Of a DNA stretch of 64,000 nucleotides, positions 10,059 through 21,333 are shown piece after piece (within the stretch, counting starts at the first letter, position 1; each line of letters starts with the position of its first letter). The notes beneath the pieces are model-generated. The model saw only the letters and a list, made by a program, of their open reading frames with translations, was not told where the DNA came from and ran no database searches. The stretch spans positions 206,398,001 to 206,462,000 of the forward strand of contig OZ024741.1 of the NCBI GenBank assembly GCA_964016885.1. The letters are read 5' to 3'. The DNA comes from Eledone cirrhosa. Lineage: Eukaryota. The position numbers and the translations under genes are program-made.

Positions 10059-13000
10059 ATGGCTGTACTCAGAATAGGCAGTATAAATGCACGTGGCCTG
10101 GGGTCATCTTGGAAGAAGGGTCACCTGCTCAATGACCTCAGGTCACTAAACATCGATGTGGTGGCCATCAGTGAAACCAGAATCTCCGAAGCACAAGCCT
10201 TCGCACCGATCTTCGGCGGCTACGATGTATACGCTTTCCCAGCCGTCCAGGATCGGGGGGAGGGGTTGCCGTCCTTTTTCGGAGAGGCTTGGATCTCGCG
10301 ATACGGGCCATCTTCCTGGACTCAGAAGGTAAGTTGGGGGTGCTAGACGTGACCGGCAGCGAAGGCAATGCTTTCAAGCTAGTAGCCGTCTACGCCCCAA
10401 CAGCGGCAGGACGGCCAGATTTCTTCAGACGTCTAGAGACCTTTCTTGGAACGTCCCGCACTTTAGTGTTAGTGGGCGACTGGAACGGTATCTTGGATGC
10501 ACGCTGGGATCGTGTGGGGCTAGTGGATAGGGGAGGAGGGTGCAAGAGTCTCACCAATCTGCTCAGACATTTTGAATTGTCTGAGAGGTATCGACTGGAT
10601 CACCTGAATGTGCCAATTTGGACATGGAAAAACCGTATCGAGTCATCCAGATCGTATCTCGATAGGGTTTTCTGCAGAGAACTAGATAAGGCTAGCATAA
10701 GTTGTCCACAATTTAAAATAGTCGACTACACAGACCACAAATTTGTGATCTGTGAGATTGACATAGACAGACTTCATAGACAAGGGCCTGGTTACTGGAA
10801 GCTGAACTCGTCTTTCCCGGCGCGCAAGGCCTACAGAGACCGGATTAGCGTATTAGTTAAGCGGGCGTTGACGGGAGCGGTCGTCAACAACAGGTGGCGG
10901 TTCGCCCTGAAAAGGACAATTAAAGTAGAGTTGATTAGGTTTAGCAAAGGAGTAGTGATAGAGCAAAATAGAGTAGAGGGAGAGCTAGTCAGAAAGCTAG
11001 AAGAGGCGTTTAGGACAGGCATCGCAACCGACCTGCTTGCGGCGAGATTGGCACTCGACCAATTCTTCAACGCAAAACACCAAGGCTGCCTTGTCAGAGC
11101 TAGAACGCGTGCTCTGAAACACGAGGGGACAAAAGCCGTCCAATGGGCCCGGGTTGCAGAGGCGCGACGTGGCAACAAAGCCACAATTCGGTCTTTGTCT
11201 GACCAAATCGGGTGCGTGATGCTCGAACCCGAGCGGATGTGTGAAGCTTTTCAGCAGCACTTTGCTGAACTGTTCGGGAGCGGCGGCGGCCCGGATGGGG
11301 GCATGGACTTCAGTGCATACCTCGACGGACTGCCTCGGCTCTCGACTACCGCAGCACAGTGTTGCGAAAAGCCAATAACAGCCGGTGAATTACGAGAAGC
11401 GATGGCTAACTGCACAAGGGGTAAATAACCAGGTTTAGATGGTCTGCCCTACGAGCTTTATGAATTTATGCCAGACTTGTTCGGTGACCTCTTGGCAGAC
11501 GTCTACTGCAACTAGCACCAGAACGGGAGCATTCCCAGTTTTGTGAGCCGGGGAGCAGTGGCGCTGCTGAGAAAAGACCCGAACAAGGGGGATGTTATCG
11601 ATAATTTCAGGCCCATAACGCTGCTAAACGCAAAGTTCAAGATTTTGACCAAGGTGTTAGCAACGAGGTTGGTGCTTGTCGTCAAGGGTCTGGTGGGAGA
11701 GGCGCAGACATGCGCCATTCCGGACAGATCCATACACCTCCACCTCATGCGATACATCATAGAGAGGGTGGTTAAGGAACCTGGTAAGTGTGGGGCTCTG
11801 GTCAACTTGGATCAATCCAAAGCATTCGAAGTCGGCTTACGCTGATGACGTCACCGTGGTGGTGTCGAGCACCAGAAACGTCCAGATGCTCGGCACCGCT
11901 CTCAAGGAATACGAAGCGGTGACAGGAGCAAAGATAAACCAGGAAAAGTCGGTGGGCTTGCAGCTCGGCACCTGGAGAGGCAAGTCCATGCCGTCCGACA
12001 GCGTCGTGGGGCGTTGGACGGACGGACCGGTTAAATTGCTCGGGGTTTGGTTCGGACCGGACCTCCAGATGGAGAAAAACTGGAACGAGGTGACGAGTAG
12101 GGTGGCCTCCCTCACCCAGAAGTGGGCTGAGAGGAAGCGGTCCTTGAAAGGCCGGGCTGAGGTGGCGAATGCGTACATCGCATCTGTCATCTGCTATCGC
12201 TTCACCGTCGTCTCTTGCTCCAGCCCAACTCTCACCAAAATGGAGCGCCTCCTCTTCTGCTTTTTGTGGAAGGGACGCGCTCCCATGGTCAGACGATCCA
12301 TCTGCTGTCAACATCCCGTTGCGTGGAGGACTGGGCACGCCATGGTTGATGATGCGCAAACAAACGCTGAGGCTGCGACATCTCTGGTGCTTCCTTGATG
12401 GTGAACGTGTGTGGTCGCCGTTCGCCAGGCACGTTTTCCCACAGCTCGTCTCCTTGACGGAGCTGCAATCCTGGGTCAGGAAAAGACCGAGGGTTAGCGC
12501 TTGGAAACTGGAATGTCTCCAGGCGCTCACTGTCCTCTCCCAGCTGGGAACCAGTATCGGTGGAACATCTACCTTGGCGTTCTATAGAGGACTAGTGGAG
12601 TGGAAGAGCGTCGAAGAAGATCAGCTGTTTGCTCTCTTCCGGAGAACTTTCAGCCCGGGGCCTATGTATATCTTCCAAAAATCCCTGGCCTGGCAGTGCT
12701 ACCGGAGAGCACTGCCTGTTCGAGATAAGCTCTACAGGCACGGAAGTGCCGTCAGCCGAGCCTGTCCGAGATGCGCGCAGAGTGACGAACCGTTGTCCAC
12801 GCACTCGTTCAGTGCCCGAACATTGCTGACTTGTGGAGCTATGTCGAACAGTTGCTGTCGCGTGTGGGACTGATCCGGTTGTCGACTGAGTCCATTGTGC
12901 AGATGGTCTCGCCGTCTTCCTCCGAGGAGGAAGGGCAGGCGGTTTTCATCTGCCTGGTGGCCATGGCGAAAGAGATTGTGTGGCGGACAAGGTTAAAAGG

Positions 13001-13178
13001 GTTAAAGACACACACTTTCCTCTTCGGCGAATGCCTAATTAACTTTTTCAAGTTTCACTTGAAGAGGAAAATCAGGGTGGAGAGGCAAGTGCTGCTTTCT
13101 AGCAAGTTTGTTGAAAGGTGGGTGAATGTAGCGAGAATGGTCCGAGTGAACGGGTCCACTCTGAATATACGTCTTTAG
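10059..13178 (+). pseudogene. Tx1 ORF2 of T2 (APE-RT-zinc finger), disrupted
   Basis: MAVLRIGSINARG, GDWN, YTDH, GYWKLN, FRPITLLN, YADD; deletion near 11830. Confidence 0.88.
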
Positions 13179-13375
13179 TTTGAGAGATGGAAAAATTGAG
13201 AGGGCGCTTGCCCTGGTGGTCTGAATGGCCATGGTCTTTTGTGTGGTTTTCGCTACAAGTAACCCTCGGAGGTTTCCCCTCTATTGGGGAATTTTTCATT
13301 GTTTCAATTCTCATTTTTATTGTTTATATATATATATGTTTCTATGTCCTTTTTTTTTTCTTTTCTTATATAAAT

Positions 13376-16300
13376 AATGACTGCAGGTATTAAAGCCGCC
13401 ACCCTCACCACCACCACAGCGATGTGTACGCATCTCCCAGCCGTCCGGGATCGGGGGGAGGAGTTGCTGTGCTTTTTCGGAGAGGTTTGTATCTCGCCAT
13501 ACGGGCCATCTTCCAGGATCCAGAGGGTAAGTTGGTGGTGCTAGACGTGACCAGCGGAGACGGGCAAGCTTTCAGGCTAGTGGCCGTCTATGCCCCGACA
13601 GGAGCAGGGCGGCCTGATTTCTTCCGGCGTCTGGAGACCTTTCTTGGAACGTCCCGCTCTTTAGTGCTAGTGGGCGACTGGAACGGGATCTTAGATGCAC
13701 GCTGGGACTGTGTGGGATTAGCAGATTGGGGAGGAGGGTGCAAGAGCCTCACCAACCTGCTCAGGCGTTTTGAACTGTCTGGCAGGTACCGATTGGATTT
13801 CCCGAACGTGCCAATGTGGACTTGAACATACCGCATAGGGTCATCCAGATCATATCTAGATAGAGTATTTTGTAGGAATATAGATAGGTCTAGCATAGGC
13901 TGTCCACAAATCAAGAAAGTCAACTACACGGACCACAAATTCGTGATCCCTGTGCTTGACTTAGATAGGCTTCATAGACGAGGACCCGGCTACTGGAAGC
14001 TAAACGCGTCCTTACCAGCGCGCAAGGCCTATAAAGACCGGATTAGCGAACTAGTTAAACGGGCGTTGACGGAGGCCATCGACCACAACAAGTGGTGGTT
14101 TGCTCTGAAAAGAGCGATTAGAATAGAGTCCATTAGGTTTAGTAAGGCTTTCGCAATAGAGAAAAATAGAGCAGAGGGAGAACTAGTTAGAAAATTAGAC
14201 GAGGCGCTTAGCAGAGGCCTCGCAACCAACGTACTTGCGGCGAAATTGGCCCTCAACCAATTCTTCAATGCAAAGCACGAAGGCTGCGTTATCAGAGCTA
14301 GCGTGCGTGCTCTCAGACACGAGGGGACGAAAGCCGTTCAATGGGCCTGAGTGGCGGAGGCGCGTCGTGGCAACAAAGCCACGATCCGGTCTTTGGTGGA
14401 CCACGACGGGCGCATGCTACTCGATCCCGGGCAAATGTGTGAAGCTTTTCAGCGACACTTCGCACAGTTGTTCGGGGGCAGCGGTGGGCTGGATCGAGGG
14501 ATGGACTTTAGTGTCTACCTCGACGGACTGCTGCAGCTCTCGGCCACTGAGGCGGAGTGTTGCGAAAAGCCGATAACAGCCGCTGAAGTACGGGAGGTAA
14601 ATGACTGGCTGCACAAGGGGTAAATCGCCTGGTTTGGATGGTCTGCCATATGAACTTTACGTACAGATGCCAGACTTGTTCGGAGGCCTCTTGGCGGACG
14701 TCTACTGCAACTGGCAACAGAACGGGAGAATTCCCGGCTCTGTGAGCCGAGGAGCTATGTCGCTGCGGAGAAAGGATCCGAACAAGGGGGATAACATAGT
14801 TAATTTCAGGCCCATAACTCTGCTAAACACAGAGTTCAAGATTTTGGCCAAGGTGCTAGCAAAGAGTTTGGCGCTTGTCGTTGGTGGTCTGGTGGGAGAG
14901 GTGCAGACATGCGCTATTCCCGACAGATCCATCCATGACAACCTCCACCTCATGCGATACATCGTAGAGAGGGTAGCTAGGGAACCTGGCACGGGTGGGT
15001 CCTTGATCAATTTAGATCAGTCGAAAGCTTTCGATAGGGTCGACCATCGTTACCTAGCGGCAGTCCTGAGGGCGGCTGGCTTTGGGCCCGTCTTCAGAGT
15101 CTGGATCGCTGGCATGCACAGCGACATCTGCTCTGTGGTTAGAGTGAACGGTCACCTATCGGAACCGTTCAACATCATGCTCTCGGTCTGACAAGTATGT
15201 CCCCTCTCGTCCCTCTTGTATGTATTGACTCTCGAGCCATTACTGCACAAACCGGAGACGTTGAGGGGGGCGGGGGTCCCGCGCGAACTAGGATGCGGAA
15301 GATCCGTGTCAGCATATGCGGACGATGTCACCGTAGTGGTGTCGAACGCCAAACACATCTACTACCGCCTGACCGTCGTACCTTGTCCTAAGCCCCGCCT
15401 GACTGCGCTGGAGCGTTTGCTCTTTTGCTTTTTGTGGAAGGGACGCGCTTCGATGATCAGGCGGTCCATCTGCTGTCAACACCCGCTACGTGGGCAACCC
15501 GTGGCTGATGATGCGCAGACACGCGCTCAGGCTACGACATCACATCTTCCTCGACAGTGATCAGGTGTGGTCGACGTTTGCTAGACACGTCTTTCCCCAG
15601 CTCGTCTCCTTGACGAAGCTGCAGTCCTGGGTCAAGCGAAGACCGAGAAGGAGCGCTTGGAGACTGGAATGTCTTCAGGCGCTCACAGCTCTCGACCAAT
15701 CGGGCAATGTGTTCGGTGGAAACTCCACCTTGGCGTTCTATAGAGGATTAGTGGAGTGGAAGAGCGACGACGTACTTGGAGAAACTCTAGGCGTCGACGA
15801 AAATCAACTAGCCAATCTCTTCGGAAGGACTTTCGGGCCGGAGCCTATGGACAACTTCCAGAAATCCCTGGCCTGGCAGTGCTACCGAGGAGCTTTGCCA
15901 GTTCGGGATAAACTCTACAGGCATGGAGGTGCCGTCAGCCGTGCATGTCCGAGATGCGCGCAGGGCGACGAAACCGTCCTGCACGCACTCGTCCAGTGTC
16001 CGAGCATTGCTGACTTGTGTTTTTATGTCGAACACCTGCTGTCACGTGTGGGACGGATCCGGCTATCAGCTGAGTCCATCGTGAGGATTGCCCCGCCCTC
16101 TACCTTTAGCCGGGAAGGGCAGGCAGTTTTTATCTGTCTGGTGGCCATGGCGAAAGAGATAGTATGGTGGACACGTTTGAAAGGGCTGAAGACGAGCACT
16201 TACCTCTTCGGTGATGCCATGATTAACTTTTTCAAATTTCATTTGAAAAGGAAAATCAGGGTAGAGAGGGAAGTGCTCTCTTCTCAGCATTTTGTTGAAA

Positions 16301-16609
16301 GATGGGTGAGAGAAGCAAGAATGGCCCGAGTGAATGGGCCTACTCTGAGTATGTGTCTGTAAATTGAAGGTGGAAAACTGGGAGAGGACACTTGCCCTGG
16401 TGGTCAGGGTCACTGTGGCCTTTCAATGGGCTTTCTCAACAAATGTCCCTCCGAAGTTTCCCCCCTATTGGGGATTTTTCATTGTCATTTTTGTTACATC
16501 ATGTTTTTGTTTTTTTTACACGCAGAAATGCCCATTTGTACCGTCCTGTATTGTCCAGTACTGTCCTTAATGTCTACTTTATGTAAACCCTTGTGGTTAA
16601 TAAAGAAAG
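13376..16609 (+). mobile_element. Tx1/L1-clade element T3 (T4 family): short ORF1 remnant joined to disrupted ORF2, intact 3' end
   Basis: 13376-13422 matches T4 17021-17067, then jumps to APE. RT motifs present, CPRCAQGDETVLHALVQC. Ends cccttgtggttaataaagaaa followed by (TTA)n. Confidence 0.88.
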
Positions 16610-16610
16610 A

Positions 16611-16653
<43 letters not shown>
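16610..16653. repeat. (TTA)n microsatellite between T3 and T4
   Basis: Read directly. Confidence 0.95.
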
Positions 16654-19600
16654 GGCGACCTACGTAGTAAATCGTATCATCGTGAGCTCCACAAAGGTTT
16701 GTTATTTTCAGTTATTTAAAATTGCCATTCAAGGAATATTTTAATTGTTAACTCTGTATAAGTGCACATACATTGATTTCTGAAAAGGACACTCAAAAAT
16801 ATTGGGGCTTTGAGCCCAAAATTTAAACTTTATATAATTATCAAACAAAAATTTTTCTTTCAAAAATAATGGATTACTCAGAGTCACTCCTTCCTCACAA
16901 TCCAACACCTCACACCGACACCACCATTGTAAATATTGCTACGTTTGCCAACACTGGAATTGTAAGCAGTAGCAATATTTTAAATTTGTCTCAGGCAGAC
17001 GTTCATTTCCCGCCATTACCAATGACTGCAGGTGTTAAAGCCACCACCACCACAACAACCACCGCGACAACCACCCCCCCACCACTACCACAGCGACAAC
17101 ATAAACAAAAGAAAAGAATAAATTAACTCATGATATCGAAATGAATTCAACCAAAATGAACTCTTCCACACCGAACACCACTGACGCCACCACAACCACA
17201 ACTGAAACTAAAATTAACATTAGCAAAAATAACGATAATAACAACAGCAACAATGAAATTAAGAAAACTACCCTGAGTTTTGCCAGAGTAGCAAAAACGT
17301 GCGAAGCGATCCAGGTAACTCAGGAAGAATTAGACGAAGCCAAAATTAATGGTAAAGAAAGATGGGTACAGGGTCAGCCTCACCCCCCACCTAATAAAAT
17401 GGAGCAACGTCGCCTATGCACCGTGTCTTATCGGACAATAAACATAAAATCGCGCCGAGTGGAACCGGCATCTGAGTCCCAAATCCACAAAGCTTTGGAA
17501 CATGTGTCGGCAAAAAAACCCCACATCAGACGTGGGCAGAAGTATGGAACCGTGGACGTGTTCTTTGAAACACCACAGGAGGCCAGAGAACACTCCATGG
17601 CCCCATTAAGAAGTGACGACTTCACACTCATCCCAAGCTATTGTGGCCAGAGACTTGTGAAGATCAGGGCGACCCACGTTCCACCGGCAATCGAAATTCC
17701 CTGGCTAATGGCTGCCGTCCTCGCCGGCACCGAGGCCAACACCATCATAATAGAAATAGCGAAAGAAAAGCAGGAGAACTCGTCAGGATATGGGATGGAG
17801 CTCCTGATCCAAGCGGATCATAAAAGCATTGAGGAGATCCCAGAGGTAACAGACCTCACTGACGGCAGCCACCTCACCGTAATCGTCGAGGGCAGAAGAC
17901 CTAGGTGTGTCGTTTGTGGTGAAGGAACCCACCTAAGGGCTTTCTGCCCTCAGGCTAAAAGGTTGAGGCCACCTCTCTTACCCAACCCAGTGACTCAACC
18001 ATCAACAACAGCAGCAACAGAAATGGCAGCAACAACTGTAGCATCAACAACAGAAGCAACTGTAACAGCAACAACCCCAGTAACAGTAGCAAAACCAACA
18101 CCACCACCACCCAACGCGCCATAAGTAGCACCAACGCCTACACCATCCACCACGCCACAACCAAAACCAACGCCTGTGGAGGATTTTCCATTCCCCGGCT
18201 TATCGCAACTGGAGACAGATTGTGACGATGAGGAGTGGGAAACGGTATCAGGAAAAAAGAAACCAAAAAAGAAAAAAATTCTCTTCCCTCCCGCTCCAAA
18301 AACAAAATACAGAGGGAAACAAATAAATTAGCAAACAAGAAAGTTAAGACAGATATGCCACCATCCCCACCAGCATCACCAACCCCATCACCACAAACAC
18401 CAACACCATCACCATCATTAACCCCAACACCACCATCACCAACAACACAAAAGTCACCAAAAAGCGTAACAGAAACAAACACACAACAAACGCAAACAAA
18501 AGAAAACAACCAAAACGATACACACTACACAGCATTTAATTTGAACAACAACCAATTATTACACTAGATGCAACACAACGCCAGCATCACAGAAAAAGAC
18601 TACACAACAACCCAAAAGTTCACACCACCTCCACACATATAAATCACTCGCATCACACAGAAAACGTACACGACACTAAAACAAAAATTCCCCAAAGACA
18701 TCGAAGACTTCCGACAAACATTCTCCAGGAGGTTTTATAAGGACATCCTTCCTGAGGAGGCCACAAGCAGTGAAACGGATGGACACACCATCCTTCCTCT
18801 AGGAGAAGTAAGGTATGTGGTCTTTCCCATCTTTTCCACTCCATTTCAACATGACCTCACTCAGAATAGGCAGCATAAATGCTGTGGCTTGGGGTTGTCA
18901 TGGAAGCAGGGCCACCTGCTCAACGACCTCAGGTCACTAAACATAGATGTAGTGGCCATCAGCGAGACCAGAATCTCCGAAGCACGGGCCTTCGCACCGA
19001 TCTTTGGCGGCTACGATGTATACGCATCTCCCAGTCGTCCGGGATCGGGTTGAGGAGTTGCTGTGCTTTTTCGGAGAGGTTTGGATCTCGCCATACGGGC
19101 TATCTTCCAGGACCCAGAGGGTAAGTTGGTGGTGCTAGACGTGACCAGCGGAGACGGGCAAGCTTTCTGGCTAGTGGCCGTCTATGCCCCGACAGGAGCA
19201 GGGCGGCCTGATTTCTTCCGACGTCTGGAGACCTTTCTTGGAACGTCCCGCTCTTTAGTGTTAGTGGGAAATAAATATGTCTAGCATAGGTTGTCCACAA
19301 TTCAAGATAGTCAGCTACACGGACCACAAATTCGTGATCTGTGTGCTTGACTTAGATAGGCTTCATAGACGAGGACCCGGCTACTGGAAGCTAAACGCGT
19401 CCTTACCAGCGCGCAAGGCCTACATAGACCGGATTAGCGAACTAGTTAAGCGGGCGTTGACGGGGGCCATCGTCAAAAACAAGTGGTGGTTTGCTCTGAA
19501 AAGAGCGATTAGAATAGTGTCCATTAGGTTTAGTAAGGCTTTAGCAATAGAGAAAAATAGTGCAGAGGGAGAACTAGTTTGCTCTTTCGCTTTTTGTGGA

Positions 19601-20707
19601 AGGGACGCGCTCCGATGGTCAGGTGGTCCATCTGTTGTCAACACCCGCTACGTGGAGGGCTGGGCATGCCGTGGCTGATGATACGCAGACACGCGCTCAG
19701 GCTACGACATCTCCACCTCTTCCTCGACGGTGATCAGGTGTGGCTGCCGTTTGCTAGACACGTATTTCCCCAGCTCGTCTCCTTGACGGAGCTGCAGTCC
19801 TGGGTCAAGCGAAGACCGAGATGGAGCGCCTGGAGACTGGAATGTCTTCAGGCGCTAACAGCCCTCGATCAATCGGGCAATGTGATCGGTGGAAACTCCA
19901 CCTCGGTGTTCTATAGAGGATTAGTGGAGTGGAAGAGCGACGACGTACTTGGGGAAACTCTAGGCGTCGACGAAAATCAACTAGCCAATCTCTTCGGAAG
20001 AACTTTCGGGCCAGGGCCTATGGACAACTTCCAGAAATCTCTGTCCTGGCAGTGCTACCGAGGAGCCTTGCCAGTTCGAGATAAACTCTACAGGCATGGA
20101 GGTGCCGTCAGCCGGGCATGTTCGAGATGCGTGCAGGGCGACGAAACCATCCTGCACGCACTCGTCCAGTGTCCGAAAATTGCTGACTTGTGGGTTTATG
20201 TCGAACACCTGCTGTCGCGTGTAGGACGGATCCGGCTATCATCTGAGTCCATCGTGAGGATTGCCCCGCCCTCTTCCTTTAGCCAGGAAGGGCAGGCAGT
20301 TTTTATCTGTCTGGTGGCCATGGCGAAAGAGATAGTATGGTGGACACGTTTGAAAGGGCTGAAGACGAGCACTTACCTCTTCGGTGATGCCCTGATTGAC
20401 TTTTTCAAATTTCATTTGAAAAGGAAAATGGGCCTACTCTGAGTATTTGTCTGTAAATTTAAGGTGGAAAACTGGGAGAGGGCACTTGCCCTGGTGGTCA
20501 GGGTCACTGTAGCTTTTTAATGGGCTTTCTCCACGTATGTCCCTCGGAAGTCTCCCCCCTATTGGGGAATTTTTTCATTGTTCTATTATTACATCCTCTG
20601 TTTCTTGTTTTTTTTACACGCAGAAATGCCCATTTGAACCGCCCTGTATTGTCCTGTACTGTCCTTAATGTCTACGTTGTGTAAACCCTTGTGGTTAATA
20701 AGGAAAT
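16654..20707 (+). mobile_element. Tx1/L1-clade element T4, both termini present, RT domain deleted
   Basis: ORF1 16869-~18750 (CVVCGEGTHLRAFC) and APE fragments. Jump at ~19578 from the linker to the C-terminal domain. 3' end ttgtggttaataaggaaat followed by (ATT)n. Confidence 0.88.
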
Positions 20708-20731
20708 CATTATTATTATTATTATTATAGA

Positions 20732-21301
20732 ACGGATCCGGCTATCATCTGAGTCCATCGTGAGGATTGCCCCGCCCTCTTCCTTTAGCCGGGAAGGGCA
20801 GGCAGTTTTTATCTGTCTGGTGGCCATGGCGAAAGAGATAGTATGGTGGACACGTTTGAAAGGGCTGAAGACGAGCACTTACCTCTTCGGTGATGCTCTG
20901 ATTGACTTTTTCAAATTTCATTTGAAAAGGAAAATCAGAGTAGAGAGGGAAGTGCTCTCTTCCCAGCATTTTGTTGAAAGATGGGTGAGAGAAGCAAGAA
21001 TGGCCCGAGTGAATGGGCCTACTCTGAGTATATATCTGTAAATTAAAGGTGGAAAACTGGGAGAGGGCACTTGCCTTGGTGGTCAGGGTCATTGTGGCTT
21101 TTTACTGGGCTTTCTCCACAAATGTCCCTCCGAAGTCTCCCCCCTATTGGGGAATTTTTCATTGTTATTTTCATTGTTATTTTTGTTACATCCTCTGTTT
21201 TTTGTTTTTTACACGCAGAAATGCCCATTTGTACCGTCTTGCATTGTCCTGCACTGTCCTTAATGTCTACTTTATGTAAACCCTTGTGGTTAATAAAGAA
21301 A

Positions 21302-21302
<1 letters not shown>
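20732..21302 (+). mobile_element. 5'-truncated Tx1 3' fragment T5
   Basis: Near-identical to the last ~570 nt of T3 and T4; flanked by (ATT)n on both sides. Confidence 0.9.

Positions 21303-21331
<29 letters not shown>

Positions 21332-21333
<2 letters not shown>

Larger units (their letters stand above)
7946..13375 (+). mobile_element. Tx1/L1-clade element T2, near full length, degenerate
   Basis: ORF1 8049-9973 (poly-Asn, CYLCGSKGLLRAFC). ORF2 10059-13178 with APE, RT (AYADDV) and C-terminal CPRC..H..C finger. U-rich 3' UTR. Confidence 0.9.
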
